From sequence record DRR723986_5794: a stretch of DNA of 64,000 nt; one strand, written 5' to 3'. A program made the translations under genes and the position numbers. Below are positions 28,412 through 38,408 of the stretch, one piece after another; positions within the stretch are counted from its first letter, which is position 1; each line of letters begins with the position of its first letter. The notes under the pieces were generated by a model. The model did not search any database. It was given only the letters and a program-made list of their open reading frames with translations, and was not told the DNA's origin.

Positions 28412-29107
28412 CTAATCTTTTAAGAGATCTGATTTTACAAAAACGACATTACCCATATCTTTCCATTGCATATACTCCTTGTAAACTTCGAATCCATGAT
28501 CCTCAAGAAATGCTTTATACTTATCATAAGTCTGAACCCCTTCATAAGTTTCTATTAAACTTACTTCAGAAAAAATAATTTTTACTGTTGGGAAAATGAC
28601 TTTGGAGTGGCTCAACATGTCAAATTCTGCTCCTTGCATATCCAGCCACATAAAATCGATACTTTTCACTCCTTCTTCTTGCGCCCAATCATCAAGTGTT
28701 TTTAAAGGGACTTTTATTTGTTCTTCGAACTTCACATCTGGATGGAATTCTAAATGATCTTTTGGTTTCATGATTGAACTTGAACCGTCCGAGTCTCCAG
28801 AGCTGACATGCATTTCGATTTCCCCATTTTCCTTTCCGATTGCGATTGGAAATATAGAAACGAGATCAATGTTTTTTGTATTTTCTTGTAGGTCTTTAAA
28901 CAAGTATGGTACAGGTTCAAAAGAATATACTTTAGCGTTAGGCCATTTTTGCGCAATTCGCACTGTATCAGTTCCACGGTGTCCACCAGCCTCAAAAACC
29001 GAAGACATGTCGCCGAATTCTTTTTGAATCAGATCTAGGACGTACCATTCCTTATCAAAATTTGATTCAGACTTAGCTTTTATTTTATTTAAAAGTTTTC
29101 TAATCAT
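28412..29107 (-). CDS. FkbM family methyltransferase
   Basis: FEAGGHRG, YSFEPVP and DFMWLDMQGAE motifs. Confidence 0.88.
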   Translation of the reverse strand: MIRKLLNKIKAKSESNFDKEWYVLDLIQKEFGDMSSVFEAGGHRGTDTVRIAQKWPNAKVYSFEPVPYLFKDLQENTKNIDLVSIFPIAIGKENGEIEMHVSSGDSDGSSSIMKPKDHLEFHPDVKFEEQIKVPLKTLDDWAQEEGVKSIDFMWLDMQGAEFDMLSHSKVIFPTVKIIFSEVSLIETYEGVQTYDKYKAFLEDHGFEVYKEYMQWKDMGNVVFVKSDLLKD

Positions 29108-29886
29108 TATCTATGAACGGCTTTAAATTCAGCATTTTTCTTCATAAGCTCAACACGATTTAGATCTGTGATCAATTCATCATTAAAAGAATATAAATCA
29201 TAATTTAATTCATCTATTAGGCTAAAAAGATCTTCAGTTTCAAATGGATAATTCTCAAGATTTTTTTCAAAAATTTCCAAGATTAGAATTGGTTTGCAAG
29301 TTTGAAGTAACTCTTTGCCTTCTTTCAAGATTAAATATTCTGCTCCTTCAGTATCACATTTTATAAAATCAATGTTCGGTTTGCCATTTTCTTCCCACCA
29401 ATCATCTAGTTTTTGAGTTTTAACAGAAATCTTCTTCGCTTTTCCAGCCCTTCCGGTATCTTTCAATCCATCTCCAGAGGCATCTTCTGTTCCATGAATA
29501 AAAAATTGTGCCTCACCATTCTCATCACTCAAGGCGACAGGAGAAAGTTTAATTTTTGATTTGAGTTCGTTCTCTAATATCGTCTTTGAAAATAAATCAA
29601 ACTGGTGTTTACCTGGCTCAAAGGCAAATATGTTCGCAGCTGGAAAACCACTTAAAATAGCCAGTGATATTATACCAATATTGGCGCCAATGTCCAGGAT
29701 AGTTGGTGACTCTTTACCAATTCCTTCAAGAATCCCTTCTATTGTATGAATCGTTTCGGGTTCGTAATCTCCTTGTTTTTTAATACGTTCTACTAGAGAA
29801 GTCCCTTCACTATAGTAAAGACTAAAACCTTTGTAGGGAATAATCGCAATTTTTGGTTTTTGTCGTTTCTTTAGAATCTTCAACAT
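29107..29886 (-). CDS. FkbM family methyltransferase
   Basis: LDIGANIG, AFEPG and DFIKCDTEGAE motifs. Confidence 0.92.
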   Translation of the reverse strand: MLKILKKRQKPKIAIIPYKGFSLYYSEGTSLVERIKKQGDYEPETIHTIEGILEGIGKESPTILDIGANIGIISLAILSGFPAANIFAFEPGKHQFDLFSKTILENELKSKIKLSPVALSDENGEAQFFIHGTEDASGDGLKDTGRAGKAKKISVKTQKLDDWWEENGKPNIDFIKCDTEGAEYLILKEGKELLQTCKPILILEIFEKNLENYPFETEDLFSLIDELNYDLYSFNDELITDLNRVELMKKNAEFKAVHR

Positions 29887-29907
29887 ATAAAAATGAATAT
29901 CTCATAT

Positions 29908-29915
29908 CAAATTTA
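29908..29915 (-). promoter_or_regulatory. Possible internal -7 promoter TAAATTTG
   Basis: Exact TAnnTTTG match in the 59-bp gap, 21 bp upstream of ATG 29886. Confidence 0.45.
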
Positions 29916-29945
29916 GCTCAATTTAACTAGAGTTTGAAAGAATTG

Positions 29946-31175
29946 TCAATTATTCTCTAACAGTAGATTTTTGAAATAATCGTAATTCTCAGAGGCATTG
30001 AATTTATTGAGATAATGACTTCGGCACTTGCTACGATCAATATTCAATTTTTGAAGTTGAGATTCCCATGTCTCGATTACCTCAGCAACCGCATCTATGT
30101 TGAATTCAACTTCGATTAAAATACCTGTATCGGAGTTCACTACTTCACTTACACCACCTGTATCACAGGCTACACATGGAATACCGAAGCTTTGAGCCTC
30201 AACAAGTGCCATTCCCAACCCTTCAGTTTCTGATAGATGCAAGAAAAGATCAACGTAATTTTCTTTGTAAAAGGTGATGATTTCATCATTTGAAACTCTG
30301 CCTTTAAATTCACAGCTCACGTTTGGAGGTAGATTTTGTGAAAGCAATTGTAATTCATCAGACAATTCTCCATCACCGAAATGGATCCATTTTATTTGTC
30401 GGCTTGTTTTTATCAAGACTTCTATAATTTTTTCTACTCTTTTTAACGGAACAAGATTGGAGCAAGAGACAATTGTCAATATATCATTTTCTAATTTTTG
30501 AGCCGGTCCCAAACCATGATCGTACAAACCAGAGTAACAAGTTATAATTGATTTTTTGGGATATTTTTTTCTTAAGTAATTAGAGCCAGCCTCAGATAAT
30601 GTGAGTACGCTCTTTACACTTCTAAAGCAAACTTCTCTGAAAGTCACATAGTTTCCTTCTCTCCGTTCTTCAAAAAGGTCAAAACCATGGAGCCTAAAAC
30701 TGAATCCATTTATTACTTTACGTTTCTTTAAAATTGATAAAGTTAAAGCACCTTCATCCAACCAAACACTGTATAAGACATCTTCAGATTTAAGATAACC
30801 ACTTTCATTTAAGATATGCTCAAGTTTATCAGCTCGATTTAGAGCGTTAATTATGATGCTCAAAATCCATTTCAGTCTTTTTAGCACATAAAATCTACGT
30901 TTAGAAAAAATTAATTCAGTTGCTAAAATCCAAGATACTGTCCGAACATTCTTAAATATTATTGACCAAGACTTATCGCTTTCATTATATAACAGACCAT
31001 CATTTAGCTTGTATTGACAGTTATTTTCTCTAATAACATTATCTCGTTTCTCTTGCGGTAAGAGAATTACATCAAAATGCTTAGAAAACTCATTGATCTC
31101 TTTGTCTAAAAACACCTCTCCCTGATAGTAGGGATAATTAGAGGTTATCATGAAGAGTTTTTTTCTAGTCATCAC
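29946..31175 (-). CDS. GT4 family glycosyltransferase
   Basis: HGFDL, SCSNLVPLKR and EGLGMALVEAQSFGIP (EX7E) motifs. Confidence 0.92.
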   Translation of the reverse strand: MMTRKKLFMITSNYPYYQGEVFLDKEINEFSKHFDVILLPQEKRDNVIRENNCQYKLNDGLLYNESDKSWSIIFKNVRTVSWILATELIFSKRRFYVLKRLKWILSIIINALNRADKLEHILNESGYLKSEDVLYSVWLDEGALTLSILKKRKVINGFSFRLHGFDLFEERREGNYVTFREVCFRSVKSVLTLSEAGSNYLRKKYPKKSIITCYSGLYDHGLGPAQKLENDILTIVSCSNLVPLKRVEKIIEVLIKTSRQIKWIHFGDGELSDELQLLSQNLPPNVSCEFKGRVSNDEIITFYKENYVDLFLHLSETEGLGMALVEAQSFGIPCVACDTGGVSEVVNSDTGILIEVEFNIDAVAEVIETWESQLQKLNIDRSKCRSHYLNKFNASENYDYFKNLLLENN

Positions 31176-33036
31176 AATTTTTCACCATCCAAATTTCTAA
31201 ACAAAGTAGCGCCCAAATCTTATAACTATGGTCATTCTTATTTTTCATATGATCCGAAATTAATTCTTCAACATAATCTGAATTAAACCAACCTCGTTTT
31301 TCAACCTTATCTTTTGAAAGATAATGATAAACAACATCTTGTAATTCGTTTTTTAGCCATTCATGAATGGGGGCAGCAAATCCTTTTTTAGATCTTGAAG
31401 AAATCTCAGGATCGATCCATTTTTCAGCTAATTTTTTCAATAAGTACTTTGCTTCTCCATTTTTGTATTTCAAAGTAGGTGGGATTTTACTTACTAATTC
31501 AGCAATTCTGTGATCAAGAAATGGGCTTCTGACTTCTAAAGAGTTATACATTGATGATCTGTCAACCTTTACTAAATAGTCATTGAGTAAACGAGTATTA
31601 AAACCGCCTATCCATTTTTTGGTATACCAATTCTCATCTTCAATATTTTTCCAAACCTGCAAATGATAGTTTTCCATTGCACGTTCTTTCTTCAACTCTG
31701 CATCAATATAAAGTTGGAGTTTATCGCTTTCACAGAAACACATTGCTCGATTCAGAAGTTGACCTTCTTCAATATTCTTTGTAGTAAACAGGTAATTTGC
31801 TTCTTGCAAATTGGCTCCTGGGGACAGTCTATTAACAACTTTCGCTTTTAGCGAACTCAATTCTTTGCTCCATTTAGATTTCTTATTGAATTCCTGCAGT
31901 TTGAGAATTCTCTCGTATTCCGGGTATCCGAACATTTCATCTCCTCCATCCCCAGAAATAGCCACTGTAACATGCTTTCTCATAGCCTTTGTGACATAAT
32001 AAGACGGGACTAAACTCGAATCTGCAAAAGGCTCGCCGCATTCAGAGACCAGGTTTTCAATCTCATCTTTCAGGCCTTTGTTATCTATTTTTATCAATGA
32101 GTGATTGGTTCCATATTTGTCTGCTAATTTCTTAGCGTAGCCAGACTCATCAAATTTTGTATTTTCATAACCGACCGTGTACGTATCAATTTTCCGATCT
32201 GAATTCGAAGCCATTAATGAAACAATCAAACCTGAATCAACCCCTCCAGACAGGAAATAACCCATATCCACATCACTAAAACTTCTAATTCTAGTGGATT
32301 CTAAGAGTTGGTCTTCAATTTTATTAAGCCAAACAGATTCAGTGAGACTTTGATCAAATCCAACATTCACCGCAGTAAAGTAAGATTTCTCTTGCATGTT
32401 TTTGCCATCAAACACCCCAATACAACCTGGTTTCAACTGCTTAACCTGTTGAAAAATTGTACTGGGTTGTGGCATGGCCAATTCGGTCAAGTAATAATCA
32501 AGAGAAAAAAAATCGACACTAAGGTCTTTTACATTTCTTGAAATCCCTCTTAAATCTGAGCAAAAATAAAGTCCATTATCATTAATACAATAATACAATG
32601 GCTTCTGCCCAAAACGATCGCGGGCAAATTGAATTTCGCCAGTACTTAACTTATAAAGAGCAATTGCAAACATTCCGACACAATCTTTGACGACTGCTTC
32701 AAGCCCTAATTTAACGATTCCTTCTAACAATACTTCTGTGTCAGATGTTGTCTTCAAGTCAGACAAACCATATCGTTGTTTTAATTCTTTGTAGTTATAA
32801 ATCTCACCATTAAAAACCATCAAGTATTGGCCATCTTTTGAATACATAGGTTGATTCGCATGGTCATTTAGATCTACAATCTTTAACCTTGTATGAACAA
32901 ATCCTGCAGACTTCAGGATCTCAGTGTTTTGTGCGTCAGGGCCACGAAATTTCATCACATCAGCCATCACCCCCAACTGTTCTTCAAATTGTTGAGATTT
33001 TAATTTATTTGATATGATTCCACCGACTCCACACAT
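31165..33036 (-). CDS. asnB: Asparagine synthase-family glutamine amidotransferase (glycan amidation)
   Basis: N-terminal MCG, RGPD, FNGEIYNY, RDRFGQKPLYY, LSGGVDS, SGDGGDE and RSPFLDH motifs. Confidence 0.93.
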   Translation of the reverse strand: MCGVGGIISNKLKSQQFEEQLGVMADVMKFRGPDAQNTEILKSAGFVHTRLKIVDLNDHANQPMYSKDGQYLMVFNGEIYNYKELKQRYGLSDLKTTSDTEVLLEGIVKLGLEAVVKDCVGMFAIALYKLSTGEIQFARDRFGQKPLYYCINDNGLYFCSDLRGISRNVKDLSVDFFSLDYYLTELAMPQPSTIFQQVKQLKPGCIGVFDGKNMQEKSYFTAVNVGFDQSLTESVWLNKIEDQLLESTRIRSFSDVDMGYFLSGGVDSGLIVSLMASNSDRKIDTYTVGYENTKFDESGYAKKLADKYGTNHSLIKIDNKGLKDEIENLVSECGEPFADSSLVPSYYVTKAMRKHVTVAISGDGGDEMFGYPEYERILKLQEFNKKSKWSKELSSLKAKVVNRLSPGANLQEANYLFTTKNIEEGQLLNRAMCFCESDKLQLYIDAELKKERAMENYHLQVWKNIEDENWYTKKWIGGFNTRLLNDYLVKVDRSSMYNSLEVRSPFLDHRIAELVSKIPPTLKYKNGEAKYLLKKLAEKWIDPEISSRSKKGFAAPIHEWLKNELQDVVYHYLSKDKVEKRGWFNSDYVEELISDHMKNKNDHSYKIWALLCLEIWMVKNCDD

Positions 33037-34106
33037 TATTTTCTCAACCTAATTATTATTGCGTAATATAATTTCTTTAAACTAAAAATTCTAAATTTAA
33101 AGAGGAATGCTAAACCTAATTTAGGTTCAGCATTACAAACACCAAAGAAAAACGTATTCACCTTCTGAGCAAAGAATTTATTCACCGCTTCTTTATCGAA
33201 TTTTTGAAGAAAAACATGTTTTAACTTTTCAATTTTTTCATGTAAAACAGTAAGATTTTCTTCTTCATATATGGCCTTTGTAAAGCACCAATGAAAGTCA
33301 ACAACATCCTGATTGACATTTTCAAAAAACTCGCCTAAAAATTTTTTGTAGTACCCTTTTACCCTTATTTCAAGAGTTTCAAAGTTATTTTCTGATATAT
33401 TTTGACCTACCATTCGGTATTTCAATAAGGATTCTTGAATATTCGCTAATTCACCGTATAAGCACAGATCTCGCCAAAAACCCCAATCCTCCATGTGAAT
33501 TAAGTCTTTTCTATATTTAATGCTATTTTCTTTAATTACAGAATTTCTCATCATCACAGTTGGATGCGCCATTGCATTTTCAAAACACAAAACAAAAGAT
33601 ATTTCTTTATGACTTAAGGGCAAGTTCGAATTCCCGGTAACATTACCAAACCTCTCTACGTTCGATCCTATTGCAACAAGTGAGGGAGTATTAATCAATC
33701 GCGTAATTTGTCTTTTAAACCTTTCAGGATGACAGATATCGTCTGCATCCATTCTAGCAACAAATTTTGTATTTACCAAATCAAGACCTTTATTCAGAGT
33801 CTCAATTAGACCAAGGTTTTTATCATTTTTAACAACTGTAATTCGATCGTCTTTGAGCGTATTAATTATTTGAATTGAATCATCTGTTGAGCCATCATCT
33901 AAAATATACAGCTGAAAATCTGTGAAACTTTGATTAAGAACAGATTCTACAGCCTCTAAAATATATTCCTCAGCATTATAAACCGGCAATAGAACAGTGA
34001 GTAAACTTTCATTTGAAGTCTTATCTGATTCAGAATTTTTTGATTTATCTTCCACAACAATATTCTCACTATTTACCAATGAACTTTCTAATTCTTTTTT
34101 TGGCAA
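33036..34106 (-). CDS. GT2 family glycosyltransferase (start uncertain: 34106, 34079 or 34055)
   Basis: VLLPVYNAE, DDGSTD, ARMDADD, HPTVM and EDW motifs. Confidence 0.9.
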   Translation of the reverse strand: MPKKELESSLVNSENIVVEDKSKNSESDKTSNESLLTVLLPVYNAEEYILEAVESVLNQSFTDFQLYILDDGSTDDSIQIINTLKDDRITVVKNDKNLGLIETLNKGLDLVNTKFVARMDADDICHPERFKRQITRLINTPSLVAIGSNVERFGNVTGNSNLPLSHKEISFVLCFENAMAHPTVMMRNSVIKENSIKYRKDLIHMEDWGFWRDLCLYGELANIQESLLKYRMVGQNISENNFETLEIRVKGYYKKFLGEFFENVNQDVVDFHWCFTKAIYEEENLTVLHEKIEKLKHVFLQKFDKEAVNKFFAQKVNTFFFGVCNAEPKLGLAFLFKFRIFSLKKLYYAIIIRLRK

Positions 34107-35037
34107 GCTCTGTTTTTAAAAGTCCATCAGGTCTTAAGCTAAACTGCTCAAAATCTGAACCTAAACTTAGTTTTTGACAAACGGTTTTTTGGACAAAAGG
34201 AAAAAACTGATACTCATTCAAAATTAAATTCTTGGCTTCATTAATATGTTTTTTATTGGCCGAATACAAATCGTTTTTTATGGCATCTTTAACTATTTGA
34301 AGACTTTCTGCAGGCTTTTTCATATCTATTGATATAAAGGATTTTTCAGGGAAATAATCCTTGACATTACTACACCCATAATATATAGGCATAGATCCTG
34401 ACAAAAAAACGTCTAATATTTTTTCAGTAAAATAATTTTCAGCTATGTAATTTTCAGCACAAAAGGAATATTTGTAAGGAGAAATGCCATCATATTTATC
34501 ATCAATAGGATTAAAGCCTCTACCAAACAAATCGAAATCAAAATTCTCTTGCTTCATAAATTTAATAAAATCCAACCTAGTCTGATGGCCAGGAAACATG
34601 TTATTCGAAGAAGTAATCCAACTTACTTTGTCACTTTTGGGTTGATGGTCTATTGAAACTTTTAATTCAGAATAAGATTTGTTTACATGCCAAGGTAATG
34701 CAGCAGGTAGTTCTAAATTTTCTACACCTTTCAAGTCTTTAAACCCACTTATTGCAAAGTCGAAATGTCTGATTATCAGTTTCAAATAAGAATTAACTTC
34801 ATAAGGAGGTTCCTGAATCAGAATTAATTTCCCTCCCTTTCTTAGATTTAATTTCAGCGCTTTTTCTGGATGGTTTAAAGCAACCAAAACATCCACTTTT
34901 TTTTGAGGATTCTTATCTAAATCATAAAATTGCCAATTACGCCATTTTCCCTTACCATCTTCTGACTGCCTGAGAAGATCTGGATAAGGATAGTTCTTAA
35001 CGAATCCAACGGTTATATTTCTATCAACTAGCGACAT
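34069..35037 (-). CDS. GT10 (alpha-1,3-fucosyltransferase-like) glycosyltransferase
   Basis: QEPP and YKYSFCAENY..NYFTEKI.D......PIYYG (GT10 motif). Confidence 0.85.
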   Translation of the reverse strand: MSLVDRNITVGFVKNYPYPDLLRQSEDGKGKWRNWQFYDLDKNPQKKVDVLVALNHPEKALKLNLRKGGKLILIQEPPYEVNSYLKLIIRHFDFAISGFKDLKGVENLELPAALPWHVNKSYSELKVSIDHQPKSDKVSWITSSNNMFPGHQTRLDFIKFMKQENFDFDLFGRGFNPIDDKYDGISPYKYSFCAENYIAENYFTEKILDVFLSGSMPIYYGCSNVKDYFPEKSFISIDMKKPAESLQIVKDAIKNDLYSANKKHINEAKNLILNEYQFFPFVQKTVCQKLSLGSDFEQFSLRPDGLLKTELAKKRIRKFIGK

Positions 35038-35045
35038 CTAACAAC

Positions 35046-36323
35046 TTAATCTAATCTTCTCCATTGAGGCTGATAATATATCAAACCACTATTTTTTGAC
35101 AAAGTTCTATGAACAATTGTGGATCCATCAACCACCTCAAATTGGCAGCAAAACTTGATAAAATCAAAATTTTCTTCAGACATACTGTCTCCGACCCAAA
35201 GTCCGACTTTATAAATGTCTGGATAAAGCATAATTGATCCGAAATCTACTTCAATGGTCTGTCTACCTTCGAAAGGCTCAAATTGAAACAGGGAATCACC
35301 ATTCTCTATATTTGAAATTAAAGTTTCATCAAACCTGTATAAATGTAAGGCCATTTTAAACCTTGATTTAGAACTACTTTTAAGCGTGATTTTCATTTTC
35401 AGGTTATCACCAATCACGAGAGAATTCGCCGGTTCATTATTAGCAAAAATTTCAACCTTTTCAAATTTAATTTCCCCAGTACCTTCTCTTTCTGTGACCT
35501 TAGTTAGATCTAACGTGTGATGATTTTGACTATCACCTGATTTCAAATACTTATTGATAGTTTCTTTTACGGGGCCCATAAAAGTAGAAGTACCATTTTG
35601 CATTAACACTCCATTCTGACACAAATTTTGCACTGATTGCATATTATGACTCACAAACAAAATTGTGCGACCACTGGTTGAAACATCCTTCATTTTCCCA
35701 ATGCATTTATTCTGAAACTCTTGATCTCCAACAGCCAACACCTCATCTACTACCAGAATCTCTGACTCTAAATGTGCGGCAACCGCGAAACCAAGTCGAA
35801 CAATCATACCAGAAGAATATCTTTTTACAGGCGTATCTAAATAGGCCGAACACCCCGAAAATTCAACAATCTCATCAAGTCGAGAGTTAATTTCATGTTT
35901 ATTCATGCCTAAAATCGCTCCATTTAAATAGATATTCTCGAGACCAGTAAGTTCAGGGTGAAAACCTGTTCCAACTTCAAGTAAAGAAGCAATTCTTCCT
36001 TTTATATAAACATTCCCTTTTGTAGGAGCAGTAATTCGGGATAAAATTTTAAGCAATGTAGATTTTCCAGCTCCGTTTTTTCCAATGACTCCTAGTACCT
36101 CTCCTTGCCGCAATTCAAATGAAACGTCTTTTAATGCCCAGACGTACCCATCATTTTTTGCATCAGCTCGATCATTAACGCGACCAACTTCTAGAAAAGG
36201 GTCTGCTTTTCCCCTTACTCTATGCCAAAACCTGTTCAAGTCATGGGAGATGGTTCCTGTGCCTACCTGACCTAATCTGTATTGTTTAGAGAGATCCTCT
36301 ACTTTTAAAATTATATCTGACAT
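35046..36323 (-). CDS. wzt: Polysaccharide ABC exporter ATPase with C-terminal carbohydrate-binding domain
   Basis: GKNGAGKST, YSSGM, VDEVLAVGD and VSH motifs, plus a ~160-aa beta-rich C-terminal extension. Confidence 0.93.
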   Translation of the reverse strand: MSDIILKVEDLSKQYRLGQVGTGTISHDLNRFWHRVRGKADPFLEVGRVNDRADAKNDGYVWALKDVSFELRQGEVLGVIGKNGAGKSTLLKILSRITAPTKGNVYIKGRIASLLEVGTGFHPELTGLENIYLNGAILGMNKHEINSRLDEIVEFSGCSAYLDTPVKRYSSGMIVRLGFAVAAHLESEILVVDEVLAVGDQEFQNKCIGKMKDVSTSGRTILFVSHNMQSVQNLCQNGVLMQNGTSTFMGPVKETINKYLKSGDSQNHHTLDLTKVTEREGTGEIKFEKVEIFANNEPANSLVIGDNLKMKITLKSSSKSRFKMALHLYRFDETLISNIENGDSLFQFEPFEGRQTIEVDFGSIMLYPDIYKVGLWVGDSMSEENFDFIKFCCQFEVVDGSTIVHRTLSKNSGLIYYQPQWRRLD

Positions 36324-36326
36324 AGG

Positions 36327-37211
36327 TTAAATCGTATCCATGAATGATTTTTCTACTCTACCAAAAAGGCGTGTACCAATCAATAAAATTATGATGGCCA
36401 TTAGGCCACTGTACGCTAAAAAACACCAATTAAAAACGCCAAATTCTTGACCATAAAAGGCTACTTTAAAGGTCTCAACAATACTTGTCATTGGATTAAT
36501 CGCTACAATCCATTGATGCTTAAGTTGAATGCTATCTAAAGGCCAAACAATAGGAGTGGCATACATCACAAGCTGAATTCCAAAAGTGATTAAAAACCTC
36601 AAATCTCTATACTTAGTGGTAAGAGCGGATATTATCAAACCCACACCTAATCCTAAGGATGCCATAATTAGGACCAACAATGGGATTAACACTAATTGCC
36701 AAGATGGCCCTACGGCCATTCCTTCTTCATTAAATCCTAATCCAAAAATAAAATAATAGGATAAGTAAATGATGATAAACAATATGAACTGGACTGAGAA
36801 CTTTATTAAGTTCGTCAAAACAATGGAAAGAGGTACTATAAGTCTTGGAAAATAAACTTTGCCGAAAATGCCCTGATTTGTAATAAAGGTATCAGAAGTT
36901 TTGGTGACACAATCTGCAAAGTAAGCCCATACAGTAACACCCAACATATAAAACAAAATTGGAGGAACACCGCTTGTTCCGACCGCAGCGATTTTGGTAA
37001 AAACAATGTAAAAAGTAATGGTCGTCAATATCGGCTGAATAACAACCCACAATGGTCCTAATATTGTTTGCTTGTACAGTGAGATGAAATCTCTTTTTAC
37101 AAACAATAACAATAAATCTTTATACCTGAAAAGTTCTGAGAAATTAATTCCTCCGCTCTTTGATTTAGGCTTTAATACTAAGTCCCAACCTGTATTTTTT
37201 GTTTCAGACAT
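36327..37211 (-). CDS. wzm: Polysaccharide ABC exporter permease
   Basis: YKQTILGPLW, KVYFPR, KYRD and YATPIVWP motifs; multiple TM helices. Confidence 0.93.
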   Translation of the reverse strand: MSETKNTGWDLVLKPKSKSGGINFSELFRYKDLLLLFVKRDFISLYKQTILGPLWVVIQPILTTITFYIVFTKIAAVGTSGVPPILFYMLGVTVWAYFADCVTKTSDTFITNQGIFGKVYFPRLIVPLSIVLTNLIKFSVQFILFIIIYLSYYFIFGLGFNEEGMAVGPSWQLVLIPLLVLIMASLGLGVGLIISALTTKYRDLRFLITFGIQLVMYATPIVWPLDSIQLKHQWIVAINPMTSIVETFKVAFYGQEFGVFNWCFLAYSGLMAIIILLIGTRLFGRVEKSFMDTI

Positions 37212-37256
37212 TACTGTTATTCAACGAAATTTAATGAAAAATGTTCCCAAAACTAA

Positions 37257-38399
37257 CTATAAAAGCGCATCATCATAAATTCTGCGTATCCTTTCTCCAA
37301 TTATAACTGGATCATTAATCGTTCTAATCTTTTTCAAAGATGCATTTGCCTTTATTTTTATCCGTTCAGGATCTTCAATTATTGAGGATATAATTGTCAT
37401 TAATTGTGATTTAATATCATTTCGAATTTTGGCTCGAGCTTCATCTGATCTAGGGACTGACCTTCTATCTTTATCTTTGTCTACTTCTATTAACCATCCA
37501 ATCTCATTATTATTTATTTCAGCTAAAGCAGCACCATCCGTTGAAATAACAGGGCATCCCGCCGCTTGACCTTCTAGGGCAGAATACCCATAAGTCTCAT
37601 CAAATGAAGGCAATAGAACAATGTCAGTCTCTTTCAAGACTTTCATTACATCAGCATTAGGCAACCATTTATGCCAAGTGATTGCTTCGTATTTTGAGAT
37701 GAGTTTAACTGCCCAATCTTTGTCTGCTTGAGTTGATTTTGATGCAAAGTCCCCTGTTTCTAATGATGAAACAATGACCAATTCTACAGGAGCCCCTTTC
37801 ACCAATAGCTCTTCAAACACCTCCAGCACTTCTCTACCACCTTTGTGAAAAAACACCCCTCCTACCAAAGCAAATCTTATTTTATCACTTTGAGGTTTAT
37901 CTTCCAAACTATCAATTAATAATTTTTGAGACGGATGAATAATCTCTACTTTATTGATGATTTGATCATAATACTTTCCGTAGTCTTTCAGGTAGTTCTT
38001 TTGAGCATTTAGCGCATAATCTGAAGTTGCTATCAACTTTTTACAGGGATCTCCCAATATCAATTCTAAAACCCTATCAATGTATTTTGATTCATTCTCG
38101 AACTTACCATAATAGTGAGCTCCGCGTGGTAAATAGTACTCAAATGTTGTTATCCATGGTTTTTTGCCCTCGCTCACAGAGTTCCAAAAATGAAGCAAAT
38201 CATAACTACCTGAATTAAAATCTTTGAACAGGTTATCCTTAAATGGATGTACCTTTTTTTTTAATTTAAAGTGAAGGTGCCTGTGGAATTTGTGAAGATC
38301 AAAAGTCTTTTTATACGTACAGTTTGGAACCTGCGCATCAATGAAATTTCTTCTTTCATTGTAGCCACTAGAGTGATATCCAACAATAATTTTTTTCAA
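37257..38399 (-). CDS. GT4 family glycosyltransferase
   Basis: HKGG and ETYGYSALEGQAAGCPVIST (EX7E) motifs; TTG start. Confidence 0.9.
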   Translation of the reverse strand: MKKIIVGYHSSGYNERRNFIDAQVPNCTYKKTFDLHKFHRHLHFKLKKKVHPFKDNLFKDFNSGSYDLLHFWNSVSEGKKPWITTFEYYLPRGAHYYGKFENESKYIDRVLELILGDPCKKLIATSDYALNAQKNYLKDYGKYYDQIINKVEIIHPSQKLLIDSLEDKPQSDKIRFALVGGVFFHKGGREVLEVFEELLVKGAPVELVIVSSLETGDFASKSTQADKDWAVKLISKYEAITWHKWLPNADVMKVLKETDIVLLPSFDETYGYSALEGQAAGCPVISTDGAALAEINNNEIGWLIEVDKDKDRRSVPRSDEARAKIRNDIKSQLMTIISSIIEDPERIKIKANASLKKIRTINDPVIIGERIRRIYDDALL

Positions 38400-38408
38400 C
38401 AGATCAGA

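Noticed and set aside
38254-38262. A9 homopolymer in a GT4 gene (and A8/T8 runs in other glycan genes) as phase-variation tracts
   Set aside because: All ORFs are intact and such runs are expected in AT-rich Lys/Phe codons; there is no read-level evidence.
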